This document shows positions 7,861 to 16,938 of a stretch of DNA of 64,000 nucleotides, one piece after another. The translations under genes were made by a program, and so were the position numbers. The DNA is from an uncultured Actinomycetes bacterium (GTDB lineage Bacteria > Actinomycetota > Acidimicrobiia > IMCC26256 > PALSA-610). The notes under the pieces were generated by a model. That model was not told where the DNA came from. It saw only the letters and a program-made list of their open reading frames with translations, and searched no databases. Location of the stretch: NCBI GenBank assembly GCA_963835455.1, contig CAWIFT010000005.1, positions 140,160-204,159 on the forward strand. Reading direction: 5' to 3'. Within the stretch, counting starts at the first letter, position 1. Each line of letters starts with the position of its first letter.

Positions 7861-10131
7861 GTGGGGGGCACAGTGGGTGGGTCGCGTCGGTTCCTGGGTC
7901 TGGTGATCGCGCTGGTTGCCCTCGGTGCGGGGTGCGACAACGGCGGCGGGGGCGGGGGCACGACGACGACCACGACGTCGACCACCTCGGTCGCGACCAC
8001 GACGACCTCGACCTCCACGTCGACGACCTCGACCTCGACCTCGACGACCACGACCTCGACGTCCACGACTTCGACAACGGTCGCGGCTCCGCCGCCGCCG
8101 GCGGCTCCGGTCGTGAGTGTCGGCGATGCGGCCGTCGTCGAGGGCGACTCCGGGTCCGTGGTCGCGAAGGTTCCGTTGGACATGTCGACGACGACCGACT
8201 CCACGGTGACCGCGACCTATTCCATCACCGCCGATACTGCGCTGCCCGGCGACTTCCAGGCGAAGACGGGCACCGTGTCGTTCGCCGCCGGTCAGGCGAG
8301 CAAGCAGATACCCGTGACCGTCTTCGGCGACACGACGCCCGAGAAGAACGTCAAGGTCGCCGTGCGCGTGACGTCGGTGACGGCGAACGCGTCGATCGGT
8401 GACGGAGCCGGTGGCGTGACCATCATCGACGACGACGCCAACGGTCCGGCCACAACGGTCGAGGCGAATGTCGGCGACGTGACCCCCGTGGAGGGCGACA
8501 GCGGCACGCATACGGCGAACCTTCCGGTCACGTTGAACGTGCCCGCGCCGGGTCCGCTGTCGTTCACCTATTCGATCGATTGCGGTTTGGCGACCGCCGG
8601 GCAGGACTACTCCGAGCCGGCAACTGGCACGATCAGCTTCAGCGCCGGCCAGCAATCCAAGGACATCCCGATCCACATCAACCCCGACACCATCCGAGAA
8701 GGTGCGGAGCCGATCGCCGAGAGCCTGCAGCCGGCGAGCCCGGGGGCGATCGTCAACCGGGCCAGCGGGACCGCGACGATCCTGGACAACGATCCCTTGG
8801 TCGTGGGCGGCGTCGAGGCGGAAAGCGTCGCGCCCGACGGCAGCAGCGGGAATTATCCCGACGACTCGTACACGACCCCGTGCCAGCGGATCCTCGCGCG
8901 GGCGGGGGCGTCGTCGATCAGCGGCAACGGCCAGTTCGTGGCGTTCGAATCGAACGCCGACAACCTCGTTGCCGGCGACACGAACACCCTCAGCGACCTG
9001 TTCGTACGTGACCGCTTCACCGGCACGACCGAGCGCGTGAGCGTGAAGAGCGACGGCTCGCAGGTGACCGGGGCCGACCTTCCGGGCGGCACCGGCGTGG
9101 CGGGCTACGACCCGGTGCTGAGCAGCGACGGCCGCTACGTCGTGTTCGACTCGTACGCCCGGCTCGTCGCCCAGGACACCAATGACGGACCCGACGTGTA
9201 TCTGTACGACCGGCAGGCGCAGACGCTCGACCTGATCAGCGTTGCGCTCGACGGCAACGCGTCCGGCATCACCGGCGGCGGCCCCGGGGAGAGCTATGCG
9301 CTCGGCGCCGACGTCAGCGCGGACGGCCGCTACGTCGCGTTCGAATCGAGCGCCCCGAATCTCGTGACGAGCGACCCCGATCCGCCCGCGGACACGAGCC
9401 ATCCCCGCGGCTACTGGCCCGACATCTTCCTGCGGGACCGCGTCTCGGGAACCACGCAGCTCATCTCGACGGTCGGCGACACCGGCGACCTCGCGCCGGT
9501 CATGACGCCCGACGCGGCGAAGGTCGCCTACGTCGGCCCGGTCACCGTGGGCGGCACCGCGAGTGAAGGCATCTACGTCTACGACCGGGCGAGCGCCACG
9601 ACCCAGCTCGTCAGCCTGACCTCGACGGGCAAGCCGACGGACCAGGCGATCGAACCGGCCATCAGCGCCGACGGCACCAAAGTCGCGTTCCGAGCCTTCG
9701 GTGCCGTGGTTGGCGCCCACGTGAACCAGGGCGTCGGCCACCTCTACCTACGCGATCTCACCGCGAGCACGACCGAGCTCGTCGACGTCGACTCGCCGAC
9801 CATGACCGCGGACCGCGAGCCGTACTCGCCGACGCTCAGCGCCGACGGCCGTTACGTCACGTTCGGGTGCTGGTGTCAACGCGTCGTCGACGGGTTGGCA
9901 CCGGGGATGTTCCACGAGGGGATCTACCAACGCGACCGCACGCTCGGCGTCACGCAGGAGGTCGATCTCAACCAGCAGGGGATCGTCGCCGATCAGGATT
10001 CCAGCGTCGCCGGCCACGTCCACTTCGCGAGTGACGACGGCGCGCTCGTCGTCTTCGGATCGATCGGCGCCAACCTCGTGCCCGCCGACGACAACGACCA
10101 TGCCGACATCTTCGTGAAGCGTCTGCGCTGA
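7861..10131 (+). CDS. Lipoprotein with Thr/Ser linker, two Calx-beta domains and TolB-like/PD40 beta-propeller
   Basis: Lipobox LGAGC; VVEGDSG...GTVSFAAGQ...TIIDDD twice; repeated SADGRYVAF and NLVAGDTN...DLFVRDR. Confidence 0.85.
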   Translation: MGGTVGGSRRFLGLVIALVALGAGCDNGGGGGGTTTTTTSTTSVATTTTSTSTSTTSTSTSTTTTSTSTTSTTVAAPPPPAAPVVSVGDAAVVEGDSGSVVAKVPLDMSTTTDSTVTATYSITADTALPGDFQAKTGTVSFAAGQASKQIPVTVFGDTTPEKNVKVAVRVTSVTANASIGDGAGGVTIIDDDANGPATTVEANVGDVTPVEGDSGTHTANLPVTLNVPAPGPLSFTYSIDCGLATAGQDYSEPATGTISFSAGQQSKDIPIHINPDTIREGAEPIAESLQPASPGAIVNRASGTATILDNDPLVVGGVEAESVAPDGSSGNYPDDSYTTPCQRILARAGASSISGNGQFVAFESNADNLVAGDTNTLSDLFVRDRFTGTTERVSVKSDGSQVTGADLPGGTGVAGYDPVLSSDGRYVVFDSYARLVAQDTNDGPDVYLYDRQAQTLDLISVALDGNASGITGGGPGESYALGADVSADGRYVAFESSAPNLVTSDPDPPADTSHPRGYWPDIFLRDRVSGTTQLISTVGDTGDLAPVMTPDAAKVAYVGPVTVGGTASEGIYVYDRASATTQLVSLTSTGKPTDQAIEPAISADGTKVAFRAFGAVVGAHVNQGVGHLYLRDLTASTTELVDVDSPTMTADREPYSPTLSADGRYVTFGCWCQRVVDGLAPGMFHEGIYQRDRTLGVTQEVDLNQQGIVADQDSSVAGHVHFASDDGALVVFGSIGANLVPADDNDHADIFVKRLR

Positions 10132-10144
10132 CGGCTCCGGGCCG

Positions 10145-11047
10145 TCAGCGCGGCGTGTGCTGCGCCAGCGCGTCGAAGACCTCGCCGACGCGATCGACGA
10201 TCGCGAGATGACCTTCGTCCACCCATGCGGTGAGCTGCGCTCCGGGAATGCGCTGTACGAGCTCTCGGGTGTGGTGGATCGGAACGACCTTGTCCGCGGT
10301 TGCGTGCCAACAGTGGATCGGCACCGTGATCTCCTCGACCGCGAACCCCCACGGACGGCCGAGGATGGCGTAGTCGTCGACGACCCCGCCCGCGCCGTGG
10401 AGGCAGGACTGGCTGAACACCGCGAGCGCGGCGCGCGCGGACGGAAACTTGGCCATGACCGCGCGATCGGCGTCGATCATCTCCACCTGGGCGAGGCGCG
10501 CCGACGTCTTGGGTGCGAACCGGACGCCGTAGGCGGAGAGCATGAGCGTCGCGCGCGCGAGTACGGGTGCGCGTTCCGCGAGCCGCGTCAGCGCGCGGTC
10601 GCTGGCTTCGAACTCGTCGATCGAGGCCCAGACGTCGACCTGACCCGCGCCCGACACGATCGCCGCGGCATTGACGCGGCCGGCGAGCGCGTGGGCGCCG
10701 TGCAGTGCGTACGGAGCCCCACCGGAATAGCCCAGGAGAGAGAACTGCTCGAGATCGAGGGCATCGGCGAAGGCGGCCAACGCGGGCGCGTAGTCGGCGA
10801 CGATCGGTGCTCGGCCCAGGCGCCACGGCGCGGACTTGCCGACACCGGGCCGGTCCGGTGCGAGCAGGCGGATCCCGCGGGCGCGGGCGCGTTCGTCGGC
10901 CCACGCGTATCCCGCGCCGCACGCGGGCGTGCCGTGCAGCGCGACGACGGGCGTGCCCTGCGGATCCCCGAACGCGTAGTACCCCACGGTCCGACCGTCC
11001 GCGGTGCGCACGGTGCTCGGTTCCGGAACCTCGACGAATTCGAGCAT
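10145..11047 (-). CDS. Alpha/beta fold hydrolase
   Basis: HGTP, DRPGVG, GYSGG, D(KVVP), EGH catalytic motifs. Confidence 0.9.
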   Translation of the reverse strand: MLEFVEVPEPSTVRTADGRTVGYYAFGDPQGTPVVALHGTPACGAGYAWADERARARGIRLLAPDRPGVGKSAPWRLGRAPIVADYAPALAAFADALDLEQFSLLGYSGGAPYALHGAHALAGRVNAAAIVSGAGQVDVWASIDEFEASDRALTRLAERAPVLARATLMLSAYGVRFAPKTSARLAQVEMIDADRAVMAKFPSARAALAVFSQSCLHGAGGVVDDYAILGRPWGFAVEEITVPIHCWHATADKVVPIHHTRELVQRIPGAQLTAWVDEGHLAIVDRVGEVFDALAQHTPR

Positions 11048-11108
11048 CGTCGATTCATCATGCCGTGTGCAGCTATGCCGTTGCGACTCGATCGGTGAGA
11101 AGAGGTCG

Positions 11109-12101
11109 CTAACGGGGTGCGTCGCCGCGCCGGTACGCGGCGGTGACCTCGTTCAATCGGTCGACCAGATCGTCGTCGAGCTCGGTGTCGACTCCGGCGA
11201 TCGTCGCATCGAGTTGTTCGGGACGGCTCGCGCCGACGATCGGCGCGGTGATCGCGGGGTGGCGCAACGTCCATGCCACCGCGAGCGTCGGCAACGGGAT
11301 TCCCGCGTCGCCTGCGATCTTCACCAGCTCGTCGACGGTGTCGAACACGTTGTCGTGCCAGTAGCGATCCTGGTAGGTCTGCGCGGCGTTGCCGAGGGCG
11401 AAGCGCGTTCCTTCGTCGGGGGCCTTGGTGCGATCGTGCTTGCCCGAGAGCATGCCGCCCGCGATCGGGTTGTACGGGATGACCGCGACGCCCTCATCGA
11501 GACAGAGCGGGAACAGCTCGCGCTCGAACTCGCGGAACAACAGGTTGTAGCGCGGCTGCACCGAGTCGAAGCGCGCGATTCCGAGCACTTCGCTCCGGCC
11601 GATCGCGCGCGCGAGCCGGTAGGCGAGGAAGTTGGAGCAACCGATGTAGCGCACCTTGCCGGCGCGCACGAGATCGTCGAGTGCGCCGAGCGTCTCGTCG
11701 AGCGGTACGCCGGGATCGTCGAAGTGCACCTGGTACAGGTCGACGAAGTCGGTCTGCAGCCGGCGGAGCGACGCGTCGATCGCGTCCATGATGTGGCGCC
11801 GGCTGTTGCCCATGTCCCAACGGTTGCGGCCCATCGGCGCGAAGCATTTCGTCGCGACGACGTAGTCGGAGCGACGGCCCTGAAGCCAGCGGCCGAGGAT
11901 CTCCTCCGTCCGGCCGGCGGTCGTGAGGTCGCCGCCCAGCGGGTACGCGTCGGCGGTGTCGAGGAACGTCACCCCGAGATCTGCCGCCTGGTCGAGCACG
12001 GCGCGCGACGCCGCTTCGTCGATCTGCAGGCCGAACGTCATCGTCCCGAGGCAGATCCTGGACACTTGGAGACCGGTACGGCCGAGCCGAACGTGTTGCA
12101 T
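11109..12101 (-). CDS. Aldo/keto reductase
   Basis: LGTMTFG, DTADAY, ATK, SLRRLQTDFVDLYQVH, IGCSN, YNPIAGG. Confidence 0.92.
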   Translation of the reverse strand: MQHVRLGRTGLQVSRICLGTMTFGLQIDEAASRAVLDQAADLGVTFLDTADAYPLGGDLTTAGRTEEILGRWLQGRRSDYVVATKCFAPMGRNRWDMGNSRRHIMDAIDASLRRLQTDFVDLYQVHFDDPGVPLDETLGALDDLVRAGKVRYIGCSNFLAYRLARAIGRSEVLGIARFDSVQPRYNLLFREFERELFPLCLDEGVAVIPYNPIAGGMLSGKHDRTKAPDEGTRFALGNAAQTYQDRYWHDNVFDTVDELVKIAGDAGIPLPTLAVAWTLRHPAITAPIVGASRPEQLDATIAGVDTELDDDLVDRLNEVTAAYRRGDAPR

Positions 12102-12102
12102 T

Positions 12103-12960
12103 TCAAAGATGTAACACCAGGAGGCTCACCCCGCACAACGCCGTGATCGCGAGCAACACGACGGCGTCGGTGACGCGAAAGCGCGCGCCGGGGAGGTTGC
12201 CGCCGGCGCCGAGGCCACCGCGGTTGACGATCGCGTCGCCGAGATCGCGCGCCCGGCGGATCGACGCGACGATCGCGGTCGACATCAGATCGTTCGTCTC
12301 GATCAACGCCTGGCGGACCGCGGCGCGGGGATGGCCGCGTGCGTCGCCCTCGTCGTCGCGCGCTCGCAGGCGTCGGGCCGCGCCCAGCACGCGGATCTCG
12401 TCGATGAGCAGCGGGAGGCAGCGGATCGCCAACGCGATCGCGATCACCCATTCGTCGACGGGAAGGCGGAGCCAGCGCAGTGGGCGTCCGAGCCGCGACA
12501 ACGCGGGCGCGACCTCGCCGAGCGGGGTCGTCCAGCCGATGACCGCGCCGGAGAGCACCAGCGCGATCGCGAGCGCGGTGAAGCGCGCCCATTCCTCGAG
12601 TCCACCCATGCTGAGGCCGATGCCGCCGACGTGGACGATCGGTGCGGTGTTCGACCACAAGCTGAGGAGCGCGCTGATGCCCAGCGCACCGTAGAACCAG
12701 TTCGGCAGGCGCGGGAAGGCGCCGAGCGGGATGCGCGCGACGAGCAACTCCAGGGCAACGACGGCCGACGCGATGCCGATCATCGGCCAGGTCGGCGAGA
12801 TCGAGACGATCAGAGCGAGCTCGGCCGCGACGATCAACTTCGTCCCCGCCCAGAGCCGATGCACCGGCGTATCGCCGGGCACGAGCCGGAGGAACGTCAG
12901 CTCGGTCTCGCGGCGCGCCGGGCGCGGACGCGACTGCAACGCGCGTTCCGCCCGGCTCAC
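12103..12960 (-). CDS. Energy-coupling factor transporter transmembrane component T (CbiQ-like)
   Basis: GTG overlaps upstream stop (GTGA); HRLWAGTKL, AIRCLPLL...ARRLR, NRGG; several TM helices. Confidence 0.85.
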   Translation of the reverse strand: MSRAERALQSRPRPARRETELTFLRLVPGDTPVHRLWAGTKLIVAAELALIVSISPTWPMIGIASAVVALELLVARIPLGAFPRLPNWFYGALGISALLSLWSNTAPIVHVGGIGLSMGGLEEWARFTALAIALVLSGAVIGWTTPLGEVAPALSRLGRPLRWLRLPVDEWVIAIALAIRCLPLLIDEIRVLGAARRLRARDDEGDARGHPRAAVRQALIETNDLMSTAIVASIRRARDLGDAIVNRGGLGAGGNLPGARFRVTDAVVLLAITALCGVSLLVLHL

Positions 12961-15062
12961 GGCTGTGCCTCCGGAACGGCGTCCTCGAGCGGTTCGTCGC
13001 GGGTGATGCGGCCGCCCTCGAGCTCGATGATGCGATCCGCGAGTCCGGGCGGGAGGTCGTAGTCGTGCGAGACGATCACGAGCGCGACGTTCTGTTGGAT
13101 CCGTAACCGCGTGAGCAGCGCGTCGAGCTCGGACCGGCCGTCGGCGTCGAGCCCGGCGAACGGCTCGTCGAGCACGATCGCGCGGGGCTGCGCGGCGATG
13201 ACGCCGGCCAGCACGACCCGGCGCATCTGCCCGCCGCTCAGCTCGTCGACCCGGCGCCCGGCGAAGCGGATCGGGTCGAGACCGACCGCGGTCAGCGCGG
13301 CGCGGGCCGCGTCGTCGTCGACGCCCCCGGCGGTACGCACCTCGTCGACCACCATGGGCCGCAGCACCTGGAGCCGCGCGTGCTGGAACGACAGCCCGAC
13401 CCGGCCGACCTGATCGGCGATGGGCCGGCCGTCCAGCAGGGCCGCGCCCTCGGTCGGCTCGATGAGGCCCGCGAGCACCCACGCCAGGGTCGACTTGCCG
13501 GAACCGTTGTGCCCGACGACGACGATCGCCTCACCGGGGTGAACCGTGAGGTCGACCTCGGTGAGGGCCCGGTTCGCCCAGGGCGTACCGCGCGAATACA
13601 CGTGACCGACGCGTTCGATCGAGATGATCGGGCGCCCGAGGCGGCCGTGCGGGCGACCCGACGCGGTGTTGCCCGTCGCGGTGTTGCCCGTCGCGGTCTT
13701 GATGGTGTCGTCCGCGCGCAGGCGTGCGGGCGCGTCGACGATCCGACCACCCGCGAGCGTGATCGTGCGGTCCGCGGCGGCGGCCTCGGCCGCGCGATGG
13801 GTGATGTGCACGACGCCGAGCCCGTCGGCGTGTGCGAGGTCGCGGAAGAGCGCGACGAGTTGGGCGCGGCCGCCCGCATCGACCATCGCCGTCGACTCGT
13901 CGGAGATCAGCAGCTGGGGATTGCGGGCGAGCGCGGCCGCGATCGCGAGCCGTTGCAGCTCGCCGCCGGACAACGTCGCGGTCTCCCGGCCGATGAAGTC
14001 GCCGAGTCCGACGCGCCGCAGAAAGGCTTCGACGTCGACGCGTTCGGGATGGGGCATGCCCCAGACCACGTCGTCGCGCACGCGCACACCGAGGACCTGG
14101 GCCTCGGGTCGCTGCGAGACGATCGCCGTTCCCCCGGGTTGGCCGAGACCGACCGGGCCGGGGCGGGTGAGCTCACCGCCGGACGGCGAACGCCGGCCCG
14201 CGAGCAGCCGCGCGAGGGTCGACTTGCCGGAACCGTTCACGCCGACGATCGCGGTGAGCTCGGCGGGCACGACGTCGAGCGAGATGTCGACGAGTGCGTC
14301 CGTGGCGGCGTTCGGGTAGCGGAAGCGCACGTCGCGCAACGAGACGGGAACCGGGTTCGGCACCGCGCCGCCGTGCGCTCCGCCGGCGCCGGCGCCGGCC
14401 CCGTCTTCGTCCACCACCGCGTCACCGAACGCGCTGCGGACGCGGATCAGCGCGGGCGTCGACAGACCGTGCGCGAGCCAGATGCCGAACCAAAGAAGCA
14501 CGAACAGGGTGACCGGGATGCTGATCCACCAGTAGTCGATGCCCCACTGCACCAACTGCTCGAGCGGGCGCGCCAGCCGGACGAGTCCGAGGTTGCGCAG
14601 GATGTGGAAGAGGCCGAACCAGCCGTTGTGGATCTGGTCGAGCGTGAGCTGGCGCAGGTTCTCGAAGACGAGGAGCAGGCCGAGCGTGATCGCGCTGGCG
14701 CTCGGCCAGAGGGTCGCGAGACCGGTGATCGTCGTACGGCGCGCGCTCCAACCCCGGCGATCGCCTGCACCGACGAGCGCACCGAGCGCGGCGCACGCGA
14801 CCATCGACGTGATCGCGGCGGTGCCGACGACGAGGAAGCCGACCGCGCACGCCGCGATCGCGCCGGTGACGACCGCGCGGAGGCGGTGGCGGGCGCCGAC
14901 GACGGCGAGCGGCACGACCGCGGCCGCGATGAGCGCACCGCCGAACGGAACCAGCTGACCGACGACGATCAGCGCGAGGGAGACGTCGGCCAGAACCACG
15001 GCCTCGGCGAGTTCGCCCGGCCCGAGCCGCCCGTGGGCTCTGCGGGTGTGCGGCCGTTGCAT
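12957..15062 (-). CDS. ECF transporter: N-terminal membrane (S-component-like) domain fused to two ABC ATPase domains
   Basis: Hydrophobic N-terminus; two Walker A motifs (GVNGSGKST, GHNGSGKST), LSGG signatures, Walker B; Rv2326c-like architecture. Confidence 0.85.
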   Translation of the reverse strand: MQRPHTRRAHGRLGPGELAEAVVLADVSLALIVVGQLVPFGGALIAAAVVPLAVVGARHRLRAVVTGAIAACAVGFLVVGTAAITSMVACAALGALVGAGDRRGWSARRTTITGLATLWPSASAITLGLLLVFENLRQLTLDQIHNGWFGLFHILRNLGLVRLARPLEQLVQWGIDYWWISIPVTLFVLLWFGIWLAHGLSTPALIRVRSAFGDAVVDEDGAGAGAGGAHGGAVPNPVPVSLRDVRFRYPNAATDALVDISLDVVPAELTAIVGVNGSGKSTLARLLAGRRSPSGGELTRPGPVGLGQPGGTAIVSQRPEAQVLGVRVRDDVVWGMPHPERVDVEAFLRRVGLGDFIGRETATLSGGELQRLAIAAALARNPQLLISDESTAMVDAGGRAQLVALFRDLAHADGLGVVHITHRAAEAAAADRTITLAGGRIVDAPARLRADDTIKTATGNTATGNTASGRPHGRLGRPIISIERVGHVYSRGTPWANRALTEVDLTVHPGEAIVVVGHNGSGKSTLAWVLAGLIEPTEGAALLDGRPIADQVGRVGLSFQHARLQVLRPMVVDEVRTAGGVDDDAARAALTAVGLDPIRFAGRRVDELSGGQMRRVVLAGVIAAQPRAIVLDEPFAGLDADGRSELDALLTRLRIQQNVALVIVSHDYDLPPGLADRIIELEGGRITRDEPLEDAVPEAQP

Positions 15063-15165
15063 CCCCCCAGGTTCGCGTACGCGGACCCCAACCCCCGCCT
15101 CGCCCTGCACCCGGCCACTCGCACGCCATCTCCAGCGGCCGTCCGCCCGCGCCGATAGCCCGACG

Positions 15166-15774
15166 GTGCAACCGGAGGGCCCGCGGACGAATCGCGCCGG
15201 CATCGACGACTTCGACGCGCTCCTCGCCGAGGTGCAGGCGGGCCGGCCCTCGGCCTGGGACCGTTGCTACCGCTGGCTCGCGCCCTCGGTCGCGGGCTAT
15301 CTGCGGACGCAGGGCGCACGCGAGGTCGAGGATCTGACGAGCGAGGTCTTCCTTGCGATGTTTCGCAACATCGGCACCTTTTCGGGCACCGAGGCCAACT
15401 TCCGGTCCTGGGTCTTCGTCATCGCCCACCGGCGGCTGCAGGACGAACGGCGCCACCGGTTCCGCCGCCCGGCGGCCGACGCGCTGGACGAAGCCTCCAT
15501 CGAGCGCCTCGGCCGCATGGCGTCGGCCCGGGGCGCGGGCGGAGACGCCGAGGAGGAGGCGCTGCGGGCGATCGGAGCGGATCGGGCGGTGGCCCTGTGC
15601 GCCCGGCTCGTGCCCGATCAGCGGGAGGTCGTCGTGTTGCGGGTCCTCGGCGATCTGACGGTCGATCAGGTGGCCGAGGTGCTCGGGAAGAGTCCCGGGG
15701 CGGTCAAGCAGCTCCAGCGGAGGGCGTTCGCGGCGATTCGCCGGCTCATCGAGCGCGAGGGCGTACCCCTGTGA
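15166..15774 (+). CDS. ECF RNA polymerase sigma factor
   Basis: EDLTSEVFL, FRSWVFVIAHRR (region 2); DQREVVVLR...QVAEVLGKSPGAVKQLQRRA (region 4). Confidence 0.92.
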   Translation: MQPEGPRTNRAGIDDFDALLAEVQAGRPSAWDRCYRWLAPSVAGYLRTQGAREVEDLTSEVFLAMFRNIGTFSGTEANFRSWVFVIAHRRLQDERRHRFRRPAADALDEASIERLGRMASARGAGGDAEEEALRAIGADRAVALCARLVPDQREVVVLRVLGDLTVDQVAEVLGKSPGAVKQLQRRAFAAIRRLIEREGVPL

Positions 15775-16862
15775 GCGGCCGCGGCGATGACGGGAGCGAG
15801 ATGTCTGGACCCGACCCCTTCGACGACGACGCCATCGACGGCCTGCTCGCGGGTGCGAACCCCGATCCGGACGCCGCCGGTGTCTCCTCGTTCGTCGCGG
15901 ATCTTCGTGCGGCAGCGGTAGCGGTTCCCACGCCTTCTCCTGTTCTCGCCTCGGCAATCGCCGCGGGGGGCATCTCTGCACATGAGCCCCCTGTTGCGAA
16001 GCGGAGGAAGTTGAGAATGAAGATCCAGGGATTCCTGGCCGGCCTCGGTGTCGCGGGCAAGGTTGCACTCGGAGTCGGCGTCGCGGCAGCCGCGACGACC
16101 GGCGCGGGCGCGGCCGGCGTACTGCCCGGACCGGTCCAGCACGTGGTGTCGAAGGCGGTCGACGCGGTTTCGCCGTTCTCGCTGCCCGACGGCGAACATC
16201 ACGGAACCCACGACGGCAACGTGGCCGATGGCGGCGACGCCACGACCACGACGGTCGGCGACGTGACGACGACCACCGAGCCGAACCAGGACGGCAACGG
16301 TGTCGTCACGCCCACATCCGTCGAGCACCACGGTGACGGCGACACGACGACCACGACCCTGGCGCACCACGGCAACGGGTCGCACGAAGGCGACGGCGGC
16401 AACCACGAGACGCCGACCAGCGTGCACAACGGCAAAGGCGACAACCACGAGACGCCGAACACCGAACACCACGGCGACGGTGACAACAACAATCCGGAAT
16501 CGTTGACGATCCACTGCGAGCGGCTCGGCGACGGCGCGCGGATCTCGTGCACGTGGAGCGCGGCGACCAATCCCGATCACGCTCGCTACGTGTTGCTCCG
16601 TACCGGCGACGGCCACAACCGGGTGGTGTGGTCGACCGAGGACGGTTTGAGCTTCATCGACACGGTGGACCTCTCCCTCGGGACGGTGTACTCGTACACC
16701 TATCGGGTCGACTCGCTGCGGGCCGACGACTCGGTGTCGGCACACAGTCCCGCGGTCACGGTGGAGTGCTGCAGCGGCACGACCCCGACGACCGTCCACC
16801 ACGACGAGACCACCACCACGACGATCCATCACGAAGACACGACCACGACGACCATTCACTGA
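15771..16862 (+). CDS. Putative anti-sigma / membrane protein with His/Thr-rich linker and FN3-like C-terminal domain
   Basis: GTGA coupling to sigma factor; short N-domain, KRRK then one TM, AAGVLPGPVQ, His/Asp/Thr-rich region, WS...YVLLR...FID...YTYRV. Confidence 0.6.
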   Translation: MSGRGDDGSEMSGPDPFDDDAIDGLLAGANPDPDAAGVSSFVADLRAAAVAVPTPSPVLASAIAAGGISAHEPPVAKRRKLRMKIQGFLAGLGVAGKVALGVGVAAAATTGAGAAGVLPGPVQHVVSKAVDAVSPFSLPDGEHHGTHDGNVADGGDATTTTVGDVTTTTEPNQDGNGVVTPTSVEHHGDGDTTTTTLAHHGNGSHEGDGGNHETPTSVHNGKGDNHETPNTEHHGDGDNNNPESLTIHCERLGDGARISCTWSAATNPDHARYVLLRTGDGHNRVVWSTEDGLSFIDTVDLSLGTVYSYTYRVDSLRADDSVSAHSPAVTVECCSGTTPTTVHHDETTTTTIHHEDTTTTTIH

Positions 16863-16879
16863 ACCGAGCGTCACGCGAA

Positions 16880-16916
16880 AGAAGGTCCCCGGAGCGTTGT
16901 GCTCCGGGGACCTTCT
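16880..16916. terminator. Hairpin between convergent genes (probable bidirectional terminator)
   Basis: AGAAGGTCCCCGGAGC-gttgt-GCTCCGGGGACCTTCT perfect 16-bp stem. Confidence 0.8.
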
Positions 16917-16938
16917 CGTTCGCTTCGCTCGAATGGAA

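Noticed and set aside
7961-8080. ACG/ACC/TCG repeat tract
   Set aside because: Encodes an ordinary Thr/Ser linker of a lipoprotein.
13662-13697. 15-bp tandem repeat (TATGN units)
   Set aside because: In-frame duplication in the linker between ATPase domains; no sign of function.
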